A stretch of 64,000 nt of DNA from NCBI GenBank assembly GCA_904395315.1, contig CAJFNT010000048.1:2387-66386 (forward strand). The letters run 5' to 3'. The stretch is from an uncultured Clostridia bacterium (GTDB lineage: Bacteria > Bacillota > Clostridia > UBA1381). Shown here in pieces: positions 40,963 through 49,337 of the stretch (position 1 is its first letter; each line of letters starts with the position of its first letter). The notes beneath the pieces were generated by a model. That model was not told the DNA's origin. It did no database searches and worked only from the letters and a program-made list of their open reading frames with translations. A program made the translations under genes and the position numbers.

Positions 40963-40991
40963 ATTATAACATATAAATTACCCGCTGTAAA
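40963..40991 (-). promoter_or_regulatory. Candidate promoter of the polyamine operon
   Basis: Minus strand TTTACA, 17 nt, TGtTATAAT-like -10 (40963-40968). Confidence 0.4.
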
Positions 40992-41044
40992 GAAAAAACT
41001 CGTAAAATTTTAGCTTATGTTCCAAGCTGCATACACAACTTAGT

Positions 41045-41207
41045 TTATCCACTGTATTATCAACAACACTGTGAATAACTATGTTATGTCTACCCCATAA
41101 TCTTTTGTTTTATCCACAGTTGGTGTGAATAAAGAGGACAACTCACGCGGATATATGTGTTTATACCAAAAACGGCTGCGCATAAGTGTGGATAAATATG
41201 TGGATAA
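41045..41207. promoter_or_regulatory. DnaA-box cluster (3 perfect + 3 one-mismatch boxes)
   Basis: TTATCCACA at 41110-41118. TGTGGATAA at 41187-41195 and 41199-41207. 8/9 matches at 41045-41053 (TTATCCACT), 41070-41078 and 41124-41132 (TGTGAATAA). Confidence 0.7.
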
Positions 41208-41360
41208 TGAGGATTACATAATTGTTTATCATATTTATGTAACACTGTGTAATCTTTATGTAATAAACTATATTACATTTAATGCGAATTGTAATATTTG
41301 TAACACGTTCTCAATCAATATAAAATATTTAATATATAGAATATTCGGATAAATGTATTG
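41208..41360. other. AT-rich tract adjoining the DnaA boxes (possible unwinding element)
   Basis: About 20 percent G+C by hand count. Rich in TGTAA/TTACA and TATTT repeats. Confidence 0.35.
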
Positions 41361-41470
41361 CTAAAAAACTCTCCATGATATATAATAAGTATATAGGCGG
41401 ATGCAAAACAAATATTTCGCGATCCGTTTAACAGATATAAGTTTCATGAACAAAAAAACGGAGGAACGAT

Positions 41471-42850
41471 GTGAAATCAAGATCAACATATATATGCAAT
41501 GAATGCGGATATAAATCACCGAAATGGCTCGGCAAGTGCCCGGGCTGCGGAAGCTGGAACACACTTATAGAGACTCTTGAAGCTCCTGTGTCACCTATCA
41601 CCAAGACAAAAGGCGCCTCATCTATCAGCACTGCCGCAAAAAGCACATTAAACCGACCTCAGCATATAAACAGCATAAAATACAGCACCGATACACGATT
41701 TTCCACAGGCATGCGCGAGCTTGACAGAGTCCTCGGCGGCGGAGTAGTAAACGGAGAGCTTATACTTGTAGGCGGCGATCCGGGAATAGGAAAATCCACA
41801 CTGCTTCTGCAGATATGCGAAAATGCGGGAAAAACAAAAAAGATCCTGTATGTATCAGGCGAAGAATCCGCGGAGCAGATCAAACTGCGCGCTGAAAGAC
41901 TCGGAGTGCGCACTGACAATCTGTATATCCTTTCCGAAACCGATGTCGAAACGATCCTCAGCGCTATAACAGACATGAGACCCGACATAGTAATAATAGA
42001 TTCGATACAAACGATGCATATAGACGCTATCGCATCAGCTTCCGGAAGCGTGCCGCAGGTCCGTGAGACCACCAACGCTCTTATGCGTCTGGCAAAATCC
42101 ATTTCAGTCTCTATATTTATAGTGGGACATGTTACAAAAGACGGGGCCCTTGCCGGACCAAGAGTCCTTGAACACATGGTCGACTGCGTCCTGTACTTTG
42201 AAGGCGACAGACAGCTTTCATTCCGAATACTCCGCGCCGTAAAAAACCGTTTCGGATCCACAAACGAGATAGGCGTCTTCGAAATGCGTGACACAGGTCT
42301 TGCGGAAGTCGAAAACCCTTCTAAAGCACTTTTAGAGGGAAGACCCGAAAACATCTCAGGCAGTGCGATAATCTGCGCTATGGAGGGAACGAGAGGCATT
42401 CTCGCCGAGATACAGGCGCTTGTAACTCCGACAGGATTCGGTAACCCGCGGCGAATGAGCTCGGGGATAGATCTGAACAGAGTGCTGCTGCTTATAGCGG
42501 TGCTTGAAAAACGCGCAAGAATGAACCTTTCAAATTATGATGTATATATAAATGTAGCGGGCGGGCTCAAAGTAGATGAAACCGCGGCAGATCTCGGTAT
42601 ATGTGCCGCAATAGCCGCAAGCCGCGCTGATACAGCAATACCCTCTGACATGATATTTATGGGTGAAGTCGGTCTGGGCGGAGAATTACGCGCTGTTTCG
42701 CAGCTTGAAAAAAGGCTGACAGAAGCGGCAAACCTCGGGTTTAAAACAGCGATAGCTCCCAAGCAATCGCTCAAAGGCATAAAGATCCCTAATGAGATAA
42801 AAGTTTTTGGAGTGAAAACCGTGAGTGAAACGATCGGACTTTTCAGATAA
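41471..42850 (+). CDS. radA: DNA repair protein RadA/Sms
   Basis: N-terminal zinc ribbon CNECGYKSPKWLGKCPGCGSW, Walker A GGDPGIGKST, KNRFG motif, Lon-like C-terminal domain. GTG start with SD GGAGGA. Confidence 0.9.
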   Translation: MKSRSTYICNECGYKSPKWLGKCPGCGSWNTLIETLEAPVSPITKTKGASSISTAAKSTLNRPQHINSIKYSTDTRFSTGMRELDRVLGGGVVNGELILVGGDPGIGKSTLLLQICENAGKTKKILYVSGEESAEQIKLRAERLGVRTDNLYILSETDVETILSAITDMRPDIVIIDSIQTMHIDAIASASGSVPQVRETTNALMRLAKSISVSIFIVGHVTKDGALAGPRVLEHMVDCVLYFEGDRQLSFRILRAVKNRFGSTNEIGVFEMRDTGLAEVENPSKALLEGRPENISGSAIICAMEGTRGILAEIQALVTPTGFGNPRRMSSGIDLNRVLLLIAVLEKRARMNLSNYDVYINVAGGLKVDETAADLGICAAIAASRADTAIPSDMIFMGEVGLGGELRAVSQLEKRLTEAANLGFKTAIAPKQSLKGIKIPNEIKVFGVKTVSETIGLFR

Positions 42851-42870
42851 TAAAAAGGAGATGGACCTAC

Positions 42871-43608
42871 ATGAAAGAAAAAATTTATACCATACCGGTC
42901 AACGAAGCGTATGACAAAGACTGCGAATGCCCGCTCTGCGAACTTGAGAAATCACTTGAGAGCGAAGCGGTAAAATATTCTCTCGGCGCGGCTATGATGG
43001 AACCCGATTACAGGACAGAATCAAATGAAAAAGGATATTGCCGCCGCCATTTTGATATGATGTTCTCAGCGCCGAACAAGCTCCCTCTCGCGCTTATCCT
43101 CGACACTCATCTTGACGAGCTTCGAAAAAAGATCGGTAAATATGAAAAAGACGCAAGATCGCTTGAGAAGCAGTCCGGAGGTATTTTCAAAAAAAGCGGT
43201 GCCGGAAAAACCGCCGGGGAAATATCATCGATGCTTGGTTCAGTCGAAAACGAGTGTATGATCTGTCAAAAAATAGATCATACAATGGAACGGTATATAG
43301 ATGTGCTCGTATACATGTGGGACAATGACGACAAGTTCAAGGAGAAATTTGACCGTTCCAAGGGCGTATGTCTGCATCATTTCAAAATGCTCTCGGATTA
43401 CTGCTCAAAAAACTCAAAATACGGAGCATTCCTATCAGCGCTCATACGCAAGGAAATTGCCGAGCTTGAGAGGATGCAAAACGATATACATAAATTCACA
43501 TTGAAATTTGACTACAGGAACAAGGATATGGAATGGGGCACAGCAGAAGACGCACCCATAAGAACAATAGAAAAAATAGTCGGATATATAGTAAACGATA
43601 CCGAATAA
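42871..43608 (+). CDS. Conserved hypothetical Cys/His-rich protein with internal duplication
   Basis: Two modules: CECPLCELE...GYCRRHFDMM and CMICQKID...GVCLHHFKML (CxxC...CxxH each). SD AAAGGAG. 20 nt after radA. Confidence 0.6.
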   Translation: MKEKIYTIPVNEAYDKDCECPLCELEKSLESEAVKYSLGAAMMEPDYRTESNEKGYCRRHFDMMFSAPNKLPLALILDTHLDELRKKIGKYEKDARSLEKQSGGIFKKSGAGKTAGEISSMLGSVENECMICQKIDHTMERYIDVLVYMWDNDDKFKEKFDRSKGVCLHHFKMLSDYCSKNSKYGAFLSALIRKEIAELERMQNDIHKFTLKFDYRNKDMEWGTAEDAPIRTIEKIVGYIVNDTE

Positions 43609-43616
43609 AAACAATG

Positions 43617-43653
43617 GAGCTGTCGCATTAAGAATCCTTAAAAGCGACAGCTC
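43617..43653. terminator. Hairpin between convergent genes
   Basis: GAGCTGTCGC-17 nt-GCGACAGCTC. Confidence 0.6.
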
Positions 43654-43665
43654 TATTCGTTATTA

Positions 43666-44652
43666 TCAATCTTTTGAGTGAGCCGCAAGATACTCTTCGA
43701 AGTTCTTGTATTCAGCTTTATGCTGCTGTGGCTTGAAGTCCGCTTTATATGTAACGGGACCTCTGCCGCTCTTCTTCTCGGTTCTCTCACGTCTTTCATA
43801 AGACTGACGGCTATAGCCGCCTCTTCCGCCTCCCGGCTGACGCTTACGGTTCCTTCCGTATCCGCCGCGGCGTCCGTATGGTCTCGGATTCTTCGGAGCT
43901 ATAACAACTTTACGGTACGGCTCCTGTCCGACAGAAAATGTTGTTACATCCTCATTATCCTGAAGACTCGAATGTATGATACGTCTCTCATACGGGTTCA
44001 TCGGCTCAAGAGTAAACTTCTTGCCAGTTCTCGCAACCTTTGCCGCGAGTCTTTCCGCAAGGGCCTCAAGCGCCTCAGAACGCTTCTCTCTGTAGTTTTC
44101 CGTATCTATGGATATCTTTATATAATCTTCCGAAGCACGGTTTACAACGAGTGATGTAAGATACTGCAAACTGTCAAGAGTATCTCCGCGCTTGCCTATT
44201 ACTATACCCATATTCTCACCGTCAAGGTTTATCTTTACGATATCATCCTCAAGCACCGCCGTAACTTTCACGTCAAGCCCCATCGCATTGAGTATATCGC
44301 TTATAAACTTTCTGGCATTTTCGGCAGGTGACTCATCGCAATATACAAGTTCTACCTCTTCTTGTTCCTCATCCGCCTCTGCGGCCTTCGGAACTTCCTC
44401 CGATACGGCAGGCTCAGTCTCAACTGACTTCTCCTCATATGTTTCAGAGCCGTCATTTGACAGAAGACTTACTTTTACTATCGCTTCTTTTGCGCCAAGA
44501 CCGAGAAATCCCTTTGAAGGCTCCTGAATTATCTCTATAGAAACATCTTCTCTTCCAGCTCCGAGTTCTTCAAGAGCTTCAGCTATTGCCTCGTCAACGC
44601 TTCTTGCCTTTTTTTCTATGGTTGTGCTGTTTTGTTTCGGGAACTTTGACAA
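43666..44652 (-). CDS. jag: KhpB/Jag RNA-binding protein (Jag_N + KH + R3H) with Arg/Gly-rich C-terminal extension
   Basis: KGFLGLG, VIGKRGDTLDSLQYL (KH), ERRIIHSSLQ (R3H). TTG start with a strong SD GGGGAGGA. The 76-aa tail is rich in RGG/GRG. Confidence 0.85.
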   Translation of the reverse strand: MSKFPKQNSTTIEKKARSVDEAIAEALEELGAGREDVSIEIIQEPSKGFLGLGAKEAIVKVSLLSNDGSETYEEKSVETEPAVSEEVPKAAEADEEQEEVELVYCDESPAENARKFISDILNAMGLDVKVTAVLEDDIVKINLDGENMGIVIGKRGDTLDSLQYLTSLVVNRASEDYIKISIDTENYREKRSEALEALAERLAAKVARTGKKFTLEPMNPYERRIIHSSLQDNEDVTTFSVGQEPYRKVVIAPKNPRPYGRRGGYGRNRKRQPGGGRGGYSRQSYERRERTEKKSGRGPVTYKADFKPQQHKAEYKNFEEYLAAHSKD

Positions 44653-45559
44653 CTAAGTCCTCCCCTTTCTTTTCAAAATAATAGTATAATACGATCTGCT
44701 GAACTATCTGTATCAAGCTGCTTATTATCCAATAAACACCAAGTCCGGCGGGCAGGATCAATGTAAAGTATACCGACATCGCCGGCATCATCCAAACCAT
44801 TGCTCTGCTCATAGCGGCAGCCTGATCATTTGCTTTGCTCTTATCCTGCCCCGACATATGCATCGATATCTTGTTCTGAACGATCGAAGCAATAAGCGAA
44901 AGTATCGGGATAATAAGAAGCATTACCGTATCAAGGTGATTGCCTATATCCGACAAGTAACTAAACGCTGACCACGGTGTTTTTGAAAGATCGAGTCCGA
45001 GAAAATTAAAGTTTATATACCATTCATGCGCACTGCCGAAGATCCTATGCGCCCAGTCAGACAATTGTATCTGTGATTGATCAAGCAGCTGTGTCGCATC
45101 CATATCTTTCAGCGATCCTATCACATCCGGGAACTTTTCGATCATTGCGTTTTTAAGGCTGTCCACCTTCTCTATGATATCAGCCGGAACATCCTTATAC
45201 GGAACATTAAACATATATGTGAGCGGTCTTCTTATAGCCTGATACAAAGCAAGAAGGATCGGCATCTGTATCAGAAGCGGCAGACATCCGCCTGACATAC
45301 TCACGTTGTTTTCCTTATAAAGCTTCATCATCTCCTGTTGAAGCTTTGCCTGGTCATTGGCATATTTCTGCTGAAGCTCAGCCACAAGCGGCTGTATCTT
45401 CTGCTGTTTTCTCATGGCCTTCTGCGATTTTATATTGAGCGGAAGCAATATGCTCTTTATCAAAACAGTGAAAATTATAATCGCAACACCATAATTCTGG
45501 ACCAGTTCATAAATAGTCTTTATGATCCAGCCCATACCCATGACGATATAATGCCACAT
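44594..45559 (-). CDS. yidC: Membrane protein insertase YidC/SpoIIIJ
   Basis: Oxa1-family core (GGCLPLLIQMPILLALY), basic C-terminal tail. ATG 45559 (SD GGAAAGGA). The 3' end overlaps jag by 59 nt. Confidence 0.9.
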   Translation of the reverse strand: MWHYIVMGMGWIIKTIYELVQNYGVAIIIFTVLIKSILLPLNIKSQKAMRKQQKIQPLVAELQQKYANDQAKLQQEMMKLYKENNVSMSGGCLPLLIQMPILLALYQAIRRPLTYMFNVPYKDVPADIIEKVDSLKNAMIEKFPDVIGSLKDMDATQLLDQSQIQLSDWAHRIFGSAHEWYINFNFLGLDLSKTPWSAFSYLSDIGNHLDTVMLLIIPILSLIASIVQNKISMHMSGQDKSKANDQAAAMSRAMVWMMPAMSVYFTLILPAGLGVYWIISSLIQIVQQIVLYYYFEKKGEDLVVKVPETKQHNHRKKGKKR

Positions 45560-45586
45560 AAAATATCCTTTCCGGCGCACGCGTCG

Positions 45587-45805
45587 TTACGGCACGGGAT
45601 CATACCCTCCGCCTCCGAACGGTCTACAGCGAAGAATACGCCTGACCGCGAGATAACCTCCCTTTAGCGCGCCATATTTTTCTACCGCTTCAAGCGCGTA
45701 CTGCGAACAGGTCGGAATAAACCTGCAGCAACCGGCACCTTTAAGCGGTGAGATCTGGTGTCTGTAAAACTGAATCAAAAAAATAAGTATCTTCTTCATA
45801 ATCAT
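45587..45805 (-). CDS. yidD: Membrane protein insertion efficiency factor YidD
   Basis: [31 protein letters not shown]...RILRC.PF..GGYDPVP. Confidence 0.9.
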   Translation of the reverse strand: MIMKKILIFLIQFYRHQISPLKGAGCCRFIPTCSQYALEAVEKYGALKGGYLAVRRILRCRPFGGGGYDPVP

Positions 45806-46176
45806 CGGATATCAGTTTCCTTTTGTTTATCAGCGACGGCGGGACCTATAAGCCCCAGCGTGCGCATCACATATTCGAGATCCTTTGAGATCTGCGCAAA
45901 ACTCTTCCCGGCGGCGCGGTTCCGCGCCACTATCACCATATCGGAATTTCCCGAAAGCCTGTTCTCAAGCTGTCTGTAGCTTTCGCGCATAAGCCGTTTT
46001 GTTCTGTTTCTGACAACTGCCTTGCCCACCGACTTGCTTACCGTAAATCCCGCTCTGCAAAAACCACGTTTGCTGCGCATATAATATACTACCACGAATC
46101 CGCCGGCAGCAGACTTGCCTCTTGAATAAAGTCTTCTGAAATCCTTATTAAGCTTAAGCGGCTGAGTATTTTTCAA
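45802..46176 (-). CDS. rnpA: Ribonuclease P protein component
   Basis: Basic 124-aa protein with the RNR-type motif [17 protein letters not shown] start. ATGA overlap with yidD. Confidence 0.85.
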   Translation of the reverse strand: MKNTQPLKLNKDFRRLYSRGKSAAGGFVVVYYMRSKRGFCRAGFTVSKSVGKAVVRNRTKRLMRESYRQLENRLSGNSDMVIVARNRAAGKSFAQISKDLEYVMRTLGLIGPAVADKQKETDIR

Positions 46177-46375
46177 TTAAAGCACGCTCCTTTTCGGCAA
46201 AATACCGAACGCGAGCGGAAACTTTCTCCTGCCCGCGAACCGCAAATTTTGCATAACTTCCGGTAAAAACACACAGGCCGGACCGCAAGATCATCTTCGC
46301 CGTCCCGCCAAGATACAAAAAGAGCGTCTCATAGGAATATCCGCTTGCACGGATACCGAGACGACCCTCCTATAA

Positions 46376-46519
46376 TTATTTATCCGAAGTTGTAAGAATC
46401 TTTCTGCCTTTTGCGCGTCTTGCCGCAAGTACCTTTCTGCCCGACTTTGTAGCCATTCTCGCTCTGAAGCCATGAACCTTTACTCTCTGTCTTTTCTTCG
46501 GCTGAAATGTCATTTTCAT
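46376..46519 (-). CDS. rpmH: 50S ribosomal protein L34 (not in the ORF track, 47 aa)
   Basis: My own translation: [54 protein letters not shown] lies 10 nt upstream. Confidence 0.9.
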   Translation of the reverse strand: MKMTFQPKKRQRVKVHGFRARMATKSGRKVLAARRAKGRKILTTSDK

Positions 46520-46601
46520 TGTTATATACACCTCCTAAACAAATCACTCCGCGGCCCCATTCGACCGCATTTATTTCCAAATATAATTAGACACCGTTTT
46601 T

Positions 46602-46630
46602 ATTATATTCAATATTCGTCAATTTGTCAA
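46602..46630 (-). promoter_or_regulatory. Consensus sigma-A promoter of rpmH-rnpA-yidD-yidC-jag
   Basis: TTGACA (46625-46630), 17 nt, TATAAT (46602-46607). Confidence 0.65.
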
Positions 46631-46710
46631 GCTTTTTTTCAGACTTTTTTTATTTTTTAACATATACCTTACCCGGATCAGAAAAATGTATGTCATAGAG
46701 AAGTTTTTTG

Positions 46711-46737
46711 TTAGCACTCTCGTTCATTGAGTGCTAA
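46711..46737. promoter_or_regulatory. CIRCE element (HrcA operator)
   Basis: Perfect TTAGCACTC-N9-GAGTGCTAA. Confidence 0.9.
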
Positions 46738-46997
46738 AATTAATACACTGTTCATATTTATGTCATTGAATCATAACACATTAGCGCTATAATAATAAAT
46801 GTAGAAAGGGAAAGAAAGCCTAACAAAAAAACAGCAGCCATTTATATGGCATACCGAAAGCAAGCTCTTATGACGCTTAACGGCATTCCCAAGTTCTGCA
46901 GGCAACGTCCGATATAAACAAAAGTATCTTATACCGAACGCATATAAATACAGTTGTTATGGACAGTATGTGTCCGTTTTAATAAGGAGGTATTATT

Positions 46998-47441
46998 ATG
47001 TTGAGAAGAAGAAACAATGGTTTATCGGTCTACAATCCGTTCCGCGAGATGGACAATTTTGAAAGAAACTTTTTCAGCGATCCGTTTGATTTCTTTAACG
47101 ACGGTTCTATTGCCGACTTTAAAACAGATATAACGGACGAGGGAGATCATTATAAACTCCAAGCTGACATGCCGGGATTCTCGAAAGATGATATCCATCT
47201 GGACATCAACGGCAATACGCTGACACTCAGCGCCGAGAGACATTCCGATCATGAAGATAAAGATAAGCACGGTAAATATATCCGCTGTGAACGTTCTTAC
47301 GGTTCATACAGCAGATCGTTCGATCTGTCGAACGTAAAGGCTGACGAGATCAAGGCTAAATACCATAACGGTGTGCTCACACTCACAATGCCTAAGAAAG
47401 AGATAACTTCAGGCGGAAGCAAGAGACTTGAAATCGAATAA
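46998..47441 (+). CDS. Hsp20/alpha-crystallin small heat-shock protein
   Basis: Alpha-crystallin domain (DITDEGDHYKLQADMPGFSKDDIHLDINGNTLTLSAER...YHNGVLTLTMPK). SD AAGGAGG. Confidence 0.9.
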   Translation: MLRRRNNGLSVYNPFREMDNFERNFFSDPFDFFNDGSIADFKTDITDEGDHYKLQADMPGFSKDDIHLDINGNTLTLSAERHSDHEDKDKHGKYIRCERSYGSYSRSFDLSNVKADEIKAKYHNGVLTLTMPKKEITSGGSKRLEIE

Positions 47442-47462
47442 CTGCTTTAATAGATCTTAAAG

Positions 47463-47501
47463 GCGATGCGCCGCGGAAATTCCGCGGCGCATCGCTTTTT
47501 T
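47463..47501. terminator. Strong bidirectional terminator
   Basis: GCGATGCGCCGCGG-aaatt-CCGCGGCGCATCGC followed by T6. Confidence 0.85.
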
Positions 47502-47509
47502 ATTCCCTA

Positions 47510-48223
47510 TCAGATGCTGACATTATGTTTTTTCGAACGCAGCGCGTTAGGGAGCATATATGCAACCACATACCCTATCGCGCATACAGGCAGAGCCGCT
47601 ATAACATCAACCACAGAATGCTGTTTCAAAAACACCGTAGATATCGATATAAGCACCGTAGTAACAGCAAACGCTGTTTTCCACGCCGGAGTTTTAAAAC
47701 GCTCGCTGTCCCACGCGGCAAACATTACGGCAACCGAGCCTATAACATGGATCGACGGGCATACGTTTGTGTTCGTGTCAAATGTGTAAAACCATGCCAT
47801 AAACCGCGTAAATACATTATCACGCGCAAATTCGATCGGCCTCAGCTCCTGGCAGTTCGGAAATACAAGATATACTATTATAGCGATCAGATAAGTTACC
47901 GCTACGAATCTCATCATTCTTCTAAACGCCGCCACATCAAAAAGCAGCGTGTATATATGTATGCCCACAAGAAACACGAACCAAAACAAATACGGTATTA
48001 AAAAAAACTCACAGAACGGTATACGGTCGTCCAGCGCGCAATGAATGGGAAAATAGCTCGAACGCACGCCGATCCTTTCCACAAATAAGAACATAAAACC
48101 AAATACCGGCCAGAAAAGCAAAAGCTTAAGATGGCTAAATTCCGAAGAATTTATATTGCCCGGTCTGAGCTTTCTGTAATCGACCGCCTTATACTTTTTC
48201 TTTTCATATTTTTCCCTTGTCAT
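47510..48223 (-). CDS. PAP2-superfamily membrane phosphatase/phosphotransferase
   Basis: 6 TM helices. CPSIHVIGS and QHSVVDV resemble the C2/C3 PAP2 motifs. ATG 48223 (SD AGGAGA). Confidence 0.6.
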   Translation of the reverse strand: MTREKYEKKKYKAVDYRKLRPGNINSSEFSHLKLLLFWPVFGFMFLFVERIGVRSSYFPIHCALDDRIPFCEFFLIPYLFWFVFLVGIHIYTLLFDVAAFRRMMRFVAVTYLIAIIVYLVFPNCQELRPIEFARDNVFTRFMAWFYTFDTNTNVCPSIHVIGSVAVMFAAWDSERFKTPAWKTAFAVTTVLISISTVFLKQHSVVDVIAALPVCAIGYVVAYMLPNALRSKKHNVSI

Positions 48224-49337
48224 ACTCAGAATCTCCTGCAAATATCTCATAAATCTTATTCATCGGGTCTTGTGAAAAATCCTGCCCAAGCTTAAAAGCC
48301 ATATCAGCAAGCTTTTTACCGTCTGTAAGCATATCAACGCAGATATTCTCAATCGAATCACACGCTTTGGCACAGACCGCAAAGCATTTGTCAACAAAAT
48401 ACTTCATGTTATATATCTCACATCCGTTTACCACATTCATAAACGCCATCGGAAGCGCTTTATGCGCCGCCTCCGTTATGCTCAAGCCTCCGGGCTTTGT
48501 TATATACAGATCGGCACTGTCCATAAGCTCATCAACTTTCTCCACAAATCCAAACACACGCACTCTTTCATTATTTCGAAAGCGAAAACTCATCCGTCTG
48601 CGCAATGTCTTATTTGTGCCGCATATCACAGTTATCTCAACGTTTTCCGGCATCTGTCCGCTCAAATTTTTTGTAAGCTTCGAGATTGGACCGCATCCCA
48701 TACTTCCGCACATTATAAGGATATGATCATGATCTGCAGGGATATGGAGCCTACTCTTTGCCGCGGCCTTATCTCTTTTCTCAAGGAAACAGCTGCGCAC
48801 GGGTATTCCCGTAGCCGTTATCTTCTCGCTCGGGATCCCTTTTTTCACAAATTCATCCCTGAGCGATTCGTCGGGTATGCAGTAATGATCGAGATCACTG
48901 TCGGCGGTACTCGGACTGCATGTATAATCCGTGGCTATAAAACCTGTTTTTGCCTTTGTACCGTAGCTGTTTTTAATATCGGTAAGTATGAGAGAAGAGA
49001 ACACATGCGTGCATAAAATAATATCATACTCACGGCTCTCTATGTAATTATTAAGCCGCTCAGTGCCGCCGGTCAGCATTTTATATACAGGCGCATTCTC
49101 ATCGAATATCTCGTCATGCCTCTCCGCAAAATCATATCCTTCGTCAAAAAGCTTAGGCATATGTCTGTATATGCGAGCATGCCATTTTGAGATAAAACCT
49201 GAGAATTTCTTTGATACAAATCCCAAAACATCTACCGTATCGCATAAATGACCGCGTTTTTCAAAAAACTCATGCACTGCCGCCGCGCATGAATTGTGCC
49301 CCTCACCGGTATTGCAGCTCAGTATCAATATCTTCAT
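48204..49337 (-). CDS. GT28-type glycolipid synthase (MGDG-synthase/UgtP-like diacylglycerol glycosyltransferase)
   Basis: N-terminus MKILILSCNTGEGHNSCAAAV and a C-terminal GT-B nucleotide-sugar domain (ITKPGGLSITEA). ATG 49337 (SD GGAGGAAGGGAG). Confidence 0.75.
   Translation of the reverse strand: MKILILSCNTGEGHNSCAAAVHEFFEKRGHLCDTVDVLGFVSKKFSGFISKWHARIYRHMPKLFDEGYDFAERHDEIFDENAPVYKMLTGGTERLNNYIESREYDIILCTHVFSSLILTDIKNSYGTKAKTGFIATDYTCSPSTADSDLDHYCIPDESLRDEFVKKGIPSEKITATGIPVRSCFLEKRDKAAAKSRLHIPADHDHILIMCGSMGCGPISKLTKNLSGQMPENVEITVICGTNKTLRRRMSFRFRNNERVRVFGFVEKVDELMDSADLYITKPGGLSITEAAHKALPMAFMNVVNGCEIYNMKYFVDKCFAVCAKACDSIENICVDMLTDGKKLADMAFKLGQDFSQDPMNKIYEIFAGDSEYDKGKI

Noticed and set aside
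41045-41360. Calling the DnaA-box cluster the chromosomal origin outright.
   Set aside because: dnaA and dnaN are absent from the window. Gene orientation does not switch to the plus strand on the right-hand side. GC skew could not be computed reliably by hand. It is reported as a candidate only.
44594-44652. The yidC/jag 59-nt overlap as a sign of a frameshift or mis-assembly.
   Set aside because: Both reading frames look native across the overlap: the basic YidC tail KKGKKR, and a Jag N-terminus preceded by a strong SD. No fused or truncated domain is apparent.
46177-46375. A hidden small RNA or riboswitch in the 200-nt rpmH-rnpA spacer.
   Set aside because: It is best explained as a long imperfect hairpin (CGTCTC..ATCCG-tgcaa-CGGAT..GAGACG) followed by CTCTTTTT. 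That is a partial terminator after rpmH. No conserved RNA motif was recognised.
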